This document shows, in pieces, positions 28,609 to 38,610 of a DNA stretch of 64,000 nucleotides. Within the stretch, counting starts at the first letter, position 1; each line of letters starts with the position of its first letter. Under the pieces are notes generated by a model that had not been told where the DNA came from, did no database searches, and was given only the letters and a program-made list of their open reading frames with translations. The stretch covers positions 1-64,000 of IMG/VR virus record IMGVR_UViG_3300046736_000122. One strand, written 5' to 3'. Made by a program: the position numbers and the translations under genes. This DNA is from a virus.

Positions 28609-28992
28609 GTGAGCACCGAACCGACCGACTACGAGCGCGGCGAGATCGCCGGCCGCGTCGCGCAACGGCTCGAGGCGCTGGAGAATGGCCAGGAGCGGAT
28701 CAACGGCTCTGTCGCGGAGACAGCTCGGGCGTTGGGGACGCTTGCCGGGGCGGTGGAGGCGATGCGGCAGGACATCCGGATGGAGAAGGCGGCCGTGGTG
28801 GTGAAGGCGGCGACGTTGGAGAGCGCGGAGGATGCGCGCCGCGTGGTGCTGGCCGATGCTGTCGTCGCGACCGATCGCGAACGCACGGCGCACGATCGCA
28901 AGTGGAGCGTCCGGGAGCGGGTGCTTGGCGCGGTGGCTACTCTCGTCGCGCTTGCTTTGGCAGCGCTTGGGCTTGTCTCCTACTTCGGTTAG
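28609..28992 (+). CDS. coiled-coil protein with C-terminal TM helix
   Basis: VLGAVATLVALALAALGLV. Confidence 0.6.
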   Translation: MSTEPTDYERGEIAGRVAQRLEALENGQERINGSVAETARALGTLAGAVEAMRQDIRMEKAAVVVKAATLESAEDARRVVLADAVVATDRERTAHDRKWSVRERVLGAVATLVALALAALGLVSYFG

Positions 28993-29031
28993 GGGGATCT
29001 GAGCCAGGACGTAGCGGAGCGCCGCCGGGTC

Positions 29032-29055
29032 TGCTAGGTTTGGCGGCACGTAGCC
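29032..29055 (+). promoter_or_regulatory. class-I promoter motif
   Basis: TGCTAGGTTTGGCGGCACGTAGCC followed by a GGAGG SD. Confidence 0.7.
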
Positions 29056-29146
29056 AATCCTGGAGGGCAGTCATGCCGATGTTGATGATGTTGAGCCGCG
29101 CCGTGCGCCGTGTCCCGTTGGACTGGCAGCACCCAGTGGCGCGGCC

Positions 29147-29617
29147 ATGAGCATCTACGCCACGTGGCTGTCCCTGAGCGCCGACGATCACGAGGACGGC
29201 TGCGCGGTCTACGTCGAGGATCCGCCCGGCTCGCACTGCTTCGAGTTCAGCGGCAAGCCGTGCGATTGTGGCACGCCGCGAGCACCACTCGTCTACGAGG
29301 GCTCACACGTGCTGCCGTCGAATGCCGATCGCCGTGGCGGGTGCATCGACGTGGCCGGGATACCGGACTTCATCGAGCGCGACGGTCGCGACGACGCCAA
29401 GGGCTCGGGGCTGAAGGATTGGCTACGGCTGTCTGTGATGAACGAGGAGTCAACGCTGCAGTACGAGGGCAAGTCATACGTGCGTGGCGGCGACGCGGCC
29501 GTGGTGTTGGATCGCCGTGGCGTAGAGGAACTGCGCGACACGCTGACAGCGTGGCTTGACCGCGAGTCGATACCAGACGAGAGGGAGTGCCCCGAGTGTG
29601 TCGAGGCGCGACAGTGA
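29147..29617 (+). CDS. hypothetical phage protein
   Basis: MSIYAT start; YEGSHVLP; WLRLSV. Confidence 0.7.
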   Translation: MSIYATWLSLSADDHEDGCAVYVEDPPGSHCFEFSGKPCDCGTPRAPLVYEGSHVLPSNADRRGGCIDVAGIPDFIERDGRDDAKGSGLKDWLRLSVMNEESTLQYEGKSYVRGGDAAVVLDRRGVEELRDTLTAWLDRESIPDERECPECVEARQ

Positions 29618-30783
29618 ACCGCTGCTACCGCTTCAGGATCTACCCGACCGCCGCGCAGGCCGCCTCCCTCGATGTCCAACTCGGTGCGTGCTGCGATCTC
29701 TACAACGCCGCGCTCGAGCAACGCATTCGCGCGTACCGCGAGCACGGCGTCTCGCTCACCCGCTATGACCAACATAAGGAACTGACGCAAGTTCGTGCGG
29801 CGGGCCTGTTGCCCGCCGATATGAGCGTGTTGGCGCAACGCAGCGCCCTTGATCGCCTCGACCTTGCAATGGCAGCGTTCTTTCGGCGTGTGGCAGCAGG
29901 GCAGACGCCGGGGTTCCCACGCTTTCGCTCGCGTTCTCGCTACGACTCAATCACATGGCCCGATGGCTTGGGCGCAGGCATAAGGAACGGCCGAGTAGGG
30001 CTGCGCGGTGTCGGTTCGGTGCGTGTTCGGTGGCATCGCGAGATCCCCGACGGAGCGGACATCCGGACTATCACGGTCAAGCGCTCGTGTGGCCGGTGGT
30101 ATGTCATCGTTGCGGCTCGTGTGTGCGATCTAGTGCCGAAGCCGGCGACGGGCCGCAGTGTCGGCGTCGATCGTGGCGTCAGCATCCCCTACGCGCTCTC
30201 GACGGCAGCGCTGCTTGAAGGGCACGTGCGCAGCCCGACCACTGTTCGTCGCTGCCAGCGAAAGGTGACAAGGCGTCAGAAGGGCTCAGTTCGCCGCACC
30301 AAAGCGATACGTCTGCTCGCGCGGCAGCGTGAGCAGGAGGCCAACCGTCGCCGAGACTACGCGCACAAACTCAGTCGGAGCCTCGTCAACGACTTCGATC
30401 TGATCGCATTCGAGGATCTGAATGTCGGTGGAATGACGCGCTCGGCTCGCGGTACCGTAGCCGCGCCTGGCCGCAACGTTCGCCAGAAGGCTGGGCTGAA
30501 TCGCGAGATCCTTGACCAGGGATGGTCACTTCTGCTTCAACTGACGACCTACAAAGCGGAAGAAGCTGGTAGGCACGTCGTTCTCGTCAACCCGGCGTAC
30601 ACGTCGCAGACGTGTCATGTATGCGGGCTGAACGACAGGGCGTCGCGTCGCGGCGTGCTCTTCCGCTGCACGGGCTGCGGCCACGAAGACCACGCTGACA
30701 TCAACGCGGCTAAGAACATCGAGAGGGCCGGGCTGGCCCTTCAGGCGTCAACGGTAGGAGAAGAAGTCCATGCCGTCGCCTGA
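29614..30783 (+). CDS. tnpB: TnpB RNA-guided endonuclease (IS200/IS605 family), no tnpA
   Basis: YRFRIYPT HTH; RuvC-I VGVDRG, RuvC-II AFEDL, TSQTCHVC..FRCTGC, RuvC-III HADINAAKNI. Confidence 0.93.
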   Translation: MNRCYRFRIYPTAAQAASLDVQLGACCDLYNAALEQRIRAYREHGVSLTRYDQHKELTQVRAAGLLPADMSVLAQRSALDRLDLAMAAFFRRVAAGQTPGFPRFRSRSRYDSITWPDGLGAGIRNGRVGLRGVGSVRVRWHREIPDGADIRTITVKRSCGRWYVIVAARVCDLVPKPATGRSVGVDRGVSIPYALSTAALLEGHVRSPTTVRRCQRKVTRRQKGSVRRTKAIRLLARQREQEANRRRDYAHKLSRSLVNDFDLIAFEDLNVGGMTRSARGTVAAPGRNVRQKAGLNREILDQGWSLLLQLTTYKAEEAGRHVVLVNPAYTSQTCHVCGLNDRASRRGVLFRCTGCGHEDHADINAAKNIERAGLALQASTVGEEVHAVA

Positions 30784-30805
30784 GAAGGGGATGCACCACC
30801 CTCAA
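30724..30805 (+). ncRNA. putative omegaRNA/reRNA scaffold
   Basis: hairpins AGGGCC/GGCCCT and TCAGGCG..ACGGTA/TGCCGT..CGCCTGA overlapping the tnpB 3' end. Confidence 0.45.
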
Positions 30806-31184
30806 GCCACCGCAACGGATGGTGGCGGCTGGCGCTGCCGCCATGGCATCCACCGCTGGACCGTGATCCCGCAGACGGTCCGCCGCGCCATGGCGACGGC
30901 CGGGTTCGGGCGCCCTGACTGGTACATCGGCCGGCGCGTCGATCCCTACTGCGAGCGTTGCGGGATCAAGCGGCGGCGGCCATGATCGTCGTCGCGGCTC
31001 TCATCGTCCTGGCGTACGCGGCGGTCATGCTGCTCGTGTTCGCGTTGTGCCGGGTGGCCGCGGAGAGTGACCGGCAAACGGTGTGCGTGCCGTTGGCCGT
31101 GGTGAGGTCGGGCGAGGGAGGCTGCGACGAGGACCGCAACTCGGTTGCGGCTGATCTCGCTCGACCTGACCACGGAGCACGGCC

Positions 31185-31484
31185 GTGACGCGCGAAGAAG
31201 CGCGGATTGTGCTGCTCGAAGCCGTGCTCGATCAGGCGGTGCACCTGATCGAGTTTCTGCATGGCTGCCTGACGAGCGACGACATCTACGAATACGCGTA
31301 TCCCGAGCAGACGTTGGCGAAGGTGGCGAGCGCTCGTGAGCTCGTGCCGGAGCGGCCGGTGTGTGTGCATGGGCGACGGGATCCGGGGTGCGCGTCGTGC
31401 GTGTTTCACGTGGCGGAGCGTGGGCGGCAGGCTGAGGCGCGAGCAGTGCTGGGTGACGACTTCGACGGTGCGGTGCGGCCATGA
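31185..31484 (+). CDS. hypothetical protein
   Basis: coupled ORF. Confidence 0.55.
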   Translation: MTREEARIVLLEAVLDQAVHLIEFLHGCLTSDDIYEYAYPEQTLAKVASARELVPERPVCVHGRRDPGCASCVFHVAERGRQAEARAVLGDDFDGAVRP

Positions 31485-31766
31485 ACTTCGACCGGACGCC
31501 AGCGGAGCGCCGCGCCGACGAACTGAGCGCCGAGGTTCGACGGCTACAAGCCATGGCGTGCCCAACGGATCAATGCCGCGCGCGCTTGGCCGCGGCGATC
31601 GTGGCGCGTGACCGTGCGTGGCGGGTTGTCCATGAGATGCGGCAGGGCAGGCGATGATGGAGCGACGGTCGGCCGCGCACACGCAGGGGTCCGGGGGCTG
31701 CGGCCGACCGCCTGCCGTCAAGTCAGGGCGTAGCCGAAGCCAAGACGGTCCTGCGAAGGGTACGCG

Positions 31767-32117
31767 GTGAGCGACATTGCCGCGGCGGCCAAAGCCCTGA
31801 AGGATCGTCACGCGGCTCTCCTGCGCCCCGAGCGGCCCGCGGCGACCGCTCGGCAGGCGGAGGGCAGGCGGAGGGCGGCGGAGAGGCTTGACGTGGCTCG
31901 TGAGCGGTTGCAGGGCGGCCCGCGGCCAGACGCACCGCAACTCACGCTAGACCTTGGCCGCGGCGCGATCCCGGAACTGCGCGCCGATCTGAGGGCGCAC
32001 CACTCCAAGCGCTGCGACTGCCACAAGCCGGCGGGTTCTGTGCCGTGCGCATCGTGTCCGTTTACGACAGCGCAACCCGGTACGCGGCGGCCAAGCAACA
32101 CGGATCTCGGGCTATGA
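31767..32117 (+). CDS. hypothetical protein
   Basis: coupled to the MTase. Confidence 0.45.
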   Translation: MSDIAAAAKALKDRHAALLRPERPAATARQAEGRRRAAERLDVARERLQGGPRPDAPQLTLDLGRGAIPELRADLRAHHSKRCDCHKPAGSVPCASCPFTTAQPGTRRPSNTDLGL

Positions 32118-32809
32118 GGCCGCTGCTGCTCGATCTGTTCTGCGGCGCCGGCGGGTGCGCTCGCGGCTACCAGCGCGCGGGCTTCCGCGTCGTCGGCGTG
32201 GACAATCGGCCGCAGCCACGGTACGCGGGCGACGAGTTCCACCAGGCGGACGCGCTCGACGTGCTGCGCCACCTGCTCGCGGGTGAGGTCTGGCAGGGCT
32301 ACCGGCTGAGCGACTTCGCGGCGATCCACGCGTCGCCACCGTGCCAGGCGTTCACCATCGCGCAGAACGCGAGCAAGAACGCCGACGCGCACCCCGACCT
32401 TGTGACGCCAATCCGCCCGATGCTGGTCGCGTCCGGCCTGCCCTACGTCATCGAGAACGTGCCCGGCGCTCCGCTCTTCAACGCGATCACGTTGTGCGGA
32501 ACGTCGTTTGGCTTGGCGCACGACGGGTTCGAGCTTCGCCGCCATCGGCTGTTCGAGAGCAACGCACCGATCATGGCGCTCGGCTGCCAGCATCGCCTAC
32601 CGGCCGCGCCCGTGTTCGGACACAACGCGGGCAGCGACTTCGTGAGGCGCTACGGACGCGGATTCCACGCCGCCGCCAAAGCCGCAGTTATGGACATCGA
32701 CTGGATGAACCGCGACGAGGTTTCCGAGTCCGTGCCGCCGGCGATGGCGGAGCACGTCGGCGGCTACCTCATGGCCGAGGTCGTCGCACGGCGAGCGGTG
32801 CTCCCATGA
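32114..32809 (+). CDS. DNA (cytosine-5) methyltransferase, short phage type
   Basis: LDLFCGAGG, ASPPCQ, VIENV, RRHRLF. Confidence 0.88.
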   Translation: MRPLLLDLFCGAGGCARGYQRAGFRVVGVDNRPQPRYAGDEFHQADALDVLRHLLAGEVWQGYRLSDFAAIHASPPCQAFTIAQNASKNADAHPDLVTPIRPMLVASGLPYVIENVPGAPLFNAITLCGTSFGLAHDGFELRRHRLFESNAPIMALGCQHRLPAAPVFGHNAGSDFVRRYGRGFHAAAKAAVMDIDWMNRDEVSESVPPAMAEHVGGYLMAEVVARRAVLP

Positions 32810-33108
32810 CGTTCTTCTGCGCGGCATGCGTAACGTGCTGGGATCCGTACATGTGCGCGAACGGCGCGTGCCCGGAATGCAAGACCGGGACGCGACGGAC
32901 GCATGAGCCGGCGAGCCCGGACGCGGATGTGCGTTACCGGGCGGTCGTGGCGGTGCGTGTCGCGGATGCTGGCCGTGCGCGTGCGGCGGCGGGGTTTGAG
33001 GCGTTCTGCGCGGAGCGGGATGCGGCAGCGCTTGATGCGTTGGAGTTGTTGGCGGGGTTGCCGACGTTCGATCCGGAGGCTTGACGGGTTGTGCCGCGGC
33101 CCGGTGTC

Positions 33109-33130
33109 TGCTAGGTTTGGCCGCGTAGCC
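33109..33130 (+). promoter_or_regulatory. class-I promoter motif
   Basis: TTGTGC-N17-TAGGTT then TGGCCGCGTAGCC. Confidence 0.7.
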
Positions 33131-33153
33131 ACATCGACTGAGAGGACCCCGCA

Positions 33154-33858
33154 ATGCCCGCCACCGATAGCCCCGCAGGACGCATGGTCGCCGAGCGGTT
33201 CGAGCCGAACTCAGAGCACGGCCGCCCGAAGATCGCGTCGTTCACATCGCCCGAGGGCGCGATAGCGGTCCACTGCGACCGCGACGACGGCGCGCTGTGG
33301 CTGTTCGCCCACGGGCCATCCGGCGGCGATCGTGGCCGGCTCGTCTTTCCGCTGAGTCGCGCTGCCGATCTGCTCGCGTGGACGGAGGCGTCGGACGGGC
33401 TGATTTCGGGCGGCGCCCGGGGACGGATGGCTCTGCGTGACGGGAGGCTCATTGTCGGCGTTACGGGGTGGTCGCGAACGTTGAATCTGCCCTTCGGTGA
33501 CGCGGCCGAGTTCCTGTTGTGCTTGCGCGAGTGGGCATTGGCTGACGAGTGGGCATTAGCGGCAGGCCCGGTTGACGCGGCCGTGACCTCTTCTGAGCAG
33601 GACGAGATCATCGCCCGCGAAGCGCTGTGGACAGCGCGTATCGCCGACCTCCTTGATCGCGCCATCGACGAGTTGCGCAGCGGCGAGGACTTCATCGCGA
33701 CCGTTTCCGCTGCGAACGCGGCATGCGACATCATGGCCGGCGCACTGCCCGAGGACGAGCTTGAGGCTTCGTGGTGGGGCGAATGCCCGGAATGCACCTG
33801 TCCTCCTGATCTCGTGGCCCGCGGCGGCTTCACAAGCGGGTGTCTGGCATGCCGATGA
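33154..33858 (+). CDS. hypothetical protein
   Basis: first gene after the promoter; GAGG SD. Confidence 0.6.
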   Translation: MPATDSPAGRMVAERFEPNSEHGRPKIASFTSPEGAIAVHCDRDDGALWLFAHGPSGGDRGRLVFPLSRAADLLAWTEASDGLISGGARGRMALRDGRLIVGVTGWSRTLNLPFGDAAEFLLCLREWALADEWALAAGPVDAAVTSSEQDEIIAREALWTARIADLLDRAIDELRSGEDFIATVSAANAACDIMAGALPEDELEASWWGECPECTCPPDLVARGGFTSGCLACR

Positions 33859-35465
33859 CCACGTCAGAGCAGGACAAGATCATGGAGGCCCTCGCCGCTG
33901 AGCATGGTGCGGTGAAGGTGTTGCCGTTGCGCGGCACGACCGCTGTACTCGCATGCGGCTGGGCAGTTGACTCCGACTCCCTGTGCGCGGAGTTGGCTCG
34001 CGGCCCGTGGTGGTACGTCCCGGCTGACCCTGCGACCGCGCCAGCGTTCGCTCACGAGGACGAGGTGCCGTTGCGCTACGCCACCGAGCAGGAGATCGCG
34101 GACGCGCTCGAGCAGGACGCGGTCCGTGAGCTTCTGTCGGCCGCGGGACTACGCTGATGCCGACCGGTGGACGCAGCAGGCGTGACACAGCGAACCAGAC
34201 CGCGGCGAAAATACGCAGCGCTGAGCGACGCAAGTGCCCGAAGTGCGACCGCAAAGCGGCGATGGTTCGCGTCGAGCCGCCGGTGCTGAAGGCGGAGTGG
34301 CCGGGCTCGGTGTCCGCGTACTGCCGCTGGTGCGGGCATGAGCGGTTCCGGTCGGCCGCGGGACTACGGCCATGAGCACCGATGGACCTCGCAGTCGCGT
34401 TTTCCGTCAGGTCGTGTCGATGGAGGTCGTCTGGACCGTCGATCCCGGCGAGGAGTTGCCGCACACAGACTGGGAAGCTGATGTCCGAGATGCGGTGCTC
34501 GGCCACTCGATCGGGCCCGGCACGGCGGTACTGCCCTGCTACGGCTCGGTGTCCGAGGTCGAAGAGCTTGAGCCGCGGCCATGACCATCGTTCACTGCTC
34601 AGGCGACGAGGCACGCGACGCACGCGACAACACGATGGGTGCCGAGGACGACCGGCCGTCGTGGCGTGAGGCCGCGGCGGATGATCCGCATGTTGTGAGG
34701 GATGCGGAGCGCGCCTGCCATTCGGGTGTGTTCGTTGGCGGCTGGGAGTTGACGCATGCAGCGGCCCGCCGATGGGCTGACCGGAACGCGACGGGAGGCG
34801 ACGATGCCTGATGTCTACATCGTCGTGCGTGGCCGACGCGTCGGCCACGCGTGGGTCGAGTCAACGATCTTCAACGACGCGTGGATTTCGCATGGTGACG
34901 CGGACGGGGTAGGCACGGTCACCGAGATCCGTGTGCAACGACTGGTGCTCCGTCCCGACTTGGGGCTGGCGCCGCATGAGGACCCGCGGCCATGATCCCG
35001 AACCGCGACTACGGTCAGCCGCCGCCCGGCGGCATGGTGTACACGCCCGAGCAGACCGCGGACTTTGCTGCGGCAGCGAAGGCGCGCGAGATGGCCGCGG
35101 TGCTAGGCCGGTATGCGTCCAACCGCGAGTTCGCGGGCCGGGGGGAAGTGGAGGCGCCTCGTTCTGCTGCGGTCGCCCGTGCTGACGCTCGCGCGGCCCT
35201 CCATCTGCATCCCGAGCTACTCGCGATCCTCGAAGGCGGCGGGGTGGAGTAGATGGCTACGTGCGCTGGATGCCCGGCCGAACTGCCGCCAGACAAGATC
35301 AACCCGCTGACCGGTGTCGTTGCCAACCCACGTAAGTGGCATTCCGAGGCATGCCGGCGCCGCACGTTGTACGCCGGGCGATGCATCGCCTGCGGTAAGC
35401 CGACGGACGGCAGCAATGGGCGCGGCTTACGACGCGGGGCTTGTCATCGCGGCCCTCTTCCCTGA
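33855..35465 (+). other. string of small coupled hypothetical genes (33855-34157, 34157-34375, 34372-34584, 34581-34811, 34804-34995, 34992-35252, 35253-35465)
   Basis: successive stop/start overlaps; three end in Arg-Pro at the junction motif. Confidence 0.55.
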
Positions 35466-35479
35466 AGGCGAGGCGACCG

Positions 35480-36238
35480 ATGGCGAGTGACCCGGAGGAC
35501 CGCTGGACCTGCGTCGATCACGGCATCGCCGACTGCGAGGACTGTGGCCAGTGGCACGACGCGGCCAAGGCGGCCTCAAGCGACTACGAATGCCATATCT
35601 CGGCCCTTACGGCCGAGCGAGACGCGGCCTCGGCGCGCGAGGACAGCTATCGCGGGGAAACGGATGTGTTGCGCGTGCGTCTCGACAAGGCCCGTGACGA
35701 GGCGCGTGTCGCCGAGGCCGATCGAGACGCGCTACGAGCCGACCTGGACGCGGCGCGCGAGGCGATCGCCGCCATCGATCCCGTGAGCGCCGCGGTGTTC
35801 CTGGCGCTGCGGGCGCAACGCGACACGGCGCAAGGGCAGGTCACCACCCTGCTTGAGGCCATCGCGGCCACCCAAAACGGCCATGCAGATACCGCAGCGT
35901 ACGCGCGAGCGCTGGGCAACCTGCGAGCTGTCGCGGCAGAGATCCGAGAGGTCATCGATCTGTGCGGTATGGCGGCGGAGGTTGAGTGCTGCTGCTCTAG
36001 CGATCGTTGCGACGATCTGCCGCGCGAGGCTGTAAGGTTCGCCGCGTGCAAGCACGCGCGGCAGTCAACAGGTCCATCCGCGGCTGATGGCAGCCCCGAT
36101 GAAACGGCCCACGCCGCCCGCGCGCATGGTCGCGCTGCTGGCGAAGGAGAAGGCGGAGATCCTCACATCGGGCTGCAAGCCGACGGTCACGGACTTCTAC
36201 GAGGCGTGGGAGCGCTGTTGGGAGATCATCGTCCTTGA
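35480..36238 (+). CDS. coiled-coil hypothetical protein
   Basis: heptad-rich LTAERD..LRADLD; 3' end overlaps the next gene. Confidence 0.45.
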   Translation: MASDPEDRWTCVDHGIADCEDCGQWHDAAKAASSDYECHISALTAERDAASAREDSYRGETDVLRVRLDKARDEARVAEADRDALRADLDAAREAIAAIDPVSAAVFLALRAQRDTAQGQVTTLLEAIAATQNGHADTAAYARALGNLRAVAAEIREVIDLCGMAAEVECCCSSDRCDDLPREAVRFAACKHARQSTGPSAADGSPDETAHAARAHGRAAGEGEGGDPHIGLQADGHGLLRGVGALLGDHRP

Positions 36239-36536
36239 GCACGGCTGGGCTCATGCCACGCGGCTGAGGCGGTCGATGCGTCAGGCACAGGACGAAACCA
36301 AGGAGGAGTGCTGCGCGGCGTTCCTCGGCGCACCGACGCCGTTCTCGTTCGCCGCGGGCCGGCTGGCGGGCGCGGCCAGCGGCATGTGCCTGGAGCTCGA
36401 ACCCGAGCAACTCGGCAAAGCCCTACTCGCGGCCTTCGCGTACGTCGAGCTCGACCCCGACGACGAGGCGCTGTCGATCCGGTCGTCCGACGCGGCTTAC
36501 GACTTCGTGACCAACCGATCGGAGATCGCAGCATGA
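36087..36536 (+). CDS. hypothetical protein
   Basis: ATGA-coupled to the next gene. Confidence 0.55.
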   Translation: MAAPMKRPTPPARMVALLAKEKAEILTSGCKPTVTDFYEAWERCWEIIVLEHGWAHATRLRRSMRQAQDETKEECCAAFLGAPTPFSFAAGRLAGAASGMCLELEPEQLGKALLAAFAYVELDPDDEALSIRSSDAAYDFVTNRSEIAA

Positions 36537-37240
36537 GCAAGCCGAAGCTCGCGGCCGTACCGCGAGAGCAGGAGTGGCTGAACCCGGCAGAACGCGACGA
36601 ACTCCGGGCGCTCGAGTCCGCTATCGAACGCGGGCTCAAGACATTCATGGAGACAGGCGAGGCGCTCGCACGAGTCCGCGATCGTCGCCTCTACCGCGAG
36701 GGTCATGAAACCTTCGAGCAGTATTGCCAGGCGCGCTGGGGCTTCCGCCGGGAAGCGGCCGACCGGTATGTGCGGGCCGCGGCGGTCGTGCCGGTCCTCA
36801 ATCCAACTGGATTGGCCCCACCGTCGACTGAGAGCGTGGCGCGTGAGCTCGCGCCGCTGCTGCCCGAGCCCGACAAGATGCGCGCTGTCTGGGTGGCCGT
36901 CGGACCGGACGCAACGGCAGCGCAGGTTCGTGCCGAGGTCAAGCGGCTAACCGCGCCGACGGTCGCGGACGAGCTGCCGGCCGAACCGCCGCGGCACCCG
37001 GGCGACGACATCCGGTTCTCTCGCATCGAGAACGCGGCTGACAGCCTCGTCACGCTGCCGGCACTCGACAAGCTCATCTGGCCGGTCGAGCCGGGGGACG
37101 TCCGGCGGATGGATCTGGCGTTCGCGTTCTTGACGGAGTGGCTGCCGGCGGCGAAGGCGGCCTGGAAGGCGCACAAGGCGCTGTTGGCGAAGGCGGCGCG
37201 TCAGGAGCGCGACGCCAAGCGCGGGCTGAGGGCCGCGTGA
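36533..37240 (+). CDS. DUF3102-like phage DNA-binding protein
   Basis: GEALARVRDRRLYR..TFEQYCQARWG. Confidence 0.65.
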   Translation: MSKPKLAAVPREQEWLNPAERDELRALESAIERGLKTFMETGEALARVRDRRLYREGHETFEQYCQARWGFRREAADRYVRAAAVVPVLNPTGLAPPSTESVARELAPLLPEPDKMRAVWVAVGPDATAAQVRAEVKRLTAPTVADELPAEPPRHPGDDIRFSRIENAADSLVTLPALDKLIWPVEPGDVRRMDLAFAFLTEWLPAAKAAWKAHKALLAKAARQERDAKRGLRAA

Positions 37241-37310
37241 TGGGGAAGGCGGGGAACACCGTCACGTTCGGGAAGCCGCGCGCAGTCGAGGCGATATGGG
37301 GGCCGCGGCC

Positions 37311-37574
37311 ATGATGGTCAACCCTCCAATTCAGCTGGAGCCCGGCTACTTCGAGTTTCGCGTGAACTGGGACGCCGCGGACCTGATGCAGATGACCGGC
37401 GCGCAGTTGGACAGGCTGCATGAGGCGGTCGGGGCGTTCGTCGTCATCGCGGCTGAGGTAGGCGACGGCTACGACAAGGCGGCGATGCTGAAAGCGGCAG
37501 AAGAGGGGCCTAACCTTGTGCCGCGTCGCCACGCGGTCATGGAAAACGTGGTCGTGGTCGGCGACACGGGCTAG
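37311..37574 (+). CDS. hypothetical protein
   Basis: starts at the junction motif. Confidence 0.5.
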   Translation: MMVNPPIQLEPGYFEFRVNWDAADLMQMTGAQLDRLHEAVGAFVVIAAEVGDGYDKAAMLKAAEEGPNLVPRRHAVMENVVVVGDTG

Positions 37575-37581
37575 TCAGGCC

Positions 37582-38226
37582 ATGGGCGAGCCATCGGACG
37601 CGGCAAGCCATGCGCCGGTCCCCGGCAAGTGCAACGCGCGCAAGAAAGCCAGCCGCGGCGGCGGCCTCTGCGGAGCGCCTGCCGGGCGCGGCACGGACCA
37701 CCCAGGGATTGGGGCATGTTCGGCTCACCTGGGCAACGTGGCGAACCACAGGACTGCCGCGGATCGCGAGCAGGCCCGGCAAGCCTGTGCGCTCTTCGGC
37801 CTCGCGACGAGCGCGGCGATCGATCCGGCGGAAGCGCTGCTTGGCGAGGTCACTCGCACGCACATGGCGATCTTGTACTACGAGGCCGAGATCGCGCTGT
37901 TGCCCGAGGATGAGCAGGGCCGCTTCCGTTTGTACCGCCAGACGCGGCATGCGTCGGGCGAGAAGACGGGGGAGGCGAAGCCGCATGTTCTCGTGGTGTT
38001 GTGGATGGCGGAGCGCAAGCATCTCGCGGAGGTGACGTCGAAGGCGTTGAGTGCGGGGGTGGCGCAGCGGACATTGGAGTTGCAGGAGGGGATCGCGCGG
38101 CAGGTGTCGTCGATTTTGGCGCGGCAGGCTCGGTTGCTTGGGCATGACCCGGATTCTGCTGCGGTGCGGTTGGCGTCGCGGCAGGCGTTGGAGCTTGAGG
38201 CGGGGGACGGAAGAGCCGCGGCGTAG
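37582..38226 (+). CDS. probable terminase small subunit (HGGxSTG-like Cys/His N-terminus)
   Basis: CNARKK..CGAPAGRGTDHPGIGACSAHLG; lies upstream of terL. Confidence 0.6.
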   Translation: MGEPSDAASHAPVPGKCNARKKASRGGGLCGAPAGRGTDHPGIGACSAHLGNVANHRTAADREQARQACALFGLATSAAIDPAEALLGEVTRTHMAILYYEAEIALLPEDEQGRFRLYRQTRHASGEKTGEAKPHVLVVLWMAERKHLAEVTSKALSAGVAQRTLELQEGIARQVSSILARQARLLGHDPDSAAVRLASRQALELEAGDGRAAA

Positions 38227-38253
38227 AACCTTCGCTCTAGGGCGCGCGAAGGA

Positions 38254-38610
38254 TCAGCCTGGCGTTACCGCGTAGCGCTTGCGGACACCCTCGCTTGTCC
38301 GCCCAAGCGCCACCGCGATCATGTGCCACGACCGCCCGGCCTCACGCGCCTGTGCCACCAGCACCGGCTCGCGCGCGTCCTGCCGATCACGGTCTGCGGC
38401 GAGCGCGGCGAGCTCGTCAAGGGGATCGGTGGCGGCCTGCATCGTGTCGCGGATGTGCCGGCACGTCCCGGTCGCCTCGCACGTGCAAGTCGCGTTCTCG
38501 CCGGCGATGGTCACGAGGTGCATGTGCCCGGGCCGCGAGCGGGATTGTGCGACGTAGACTTGTGCGCCGTGCAGGCGTTGGATTGGTGCGTTGATGTCGA
38601 GCAGCGTCAT
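38254..38610 (-). CDS. SWIM Zn-finger + HTH protein (moron)
   Basis: CTCEATGTCRH; AREAGRSWHMIAVALGRTSEGVRKRY. Confidence 0.7.
   Translation of the reverse strand: MTLLDINAPIQRLHGAQVYVAQSRSRPGHMHLVTIAGENATCTCEATGTCRHIRDTMQAATDPLDELAALAADRDRQDAREPVLVAQAREAGRSWHMIAVALGRTSEGVRKRYAVTPG

Noticed and set aside
29614-30783. Cas12f/type V CRISPR effector or nuclease-dead TldR
   Set aside because: No repeat-spacer array nearby, and all three RuvC acidic residues are present.
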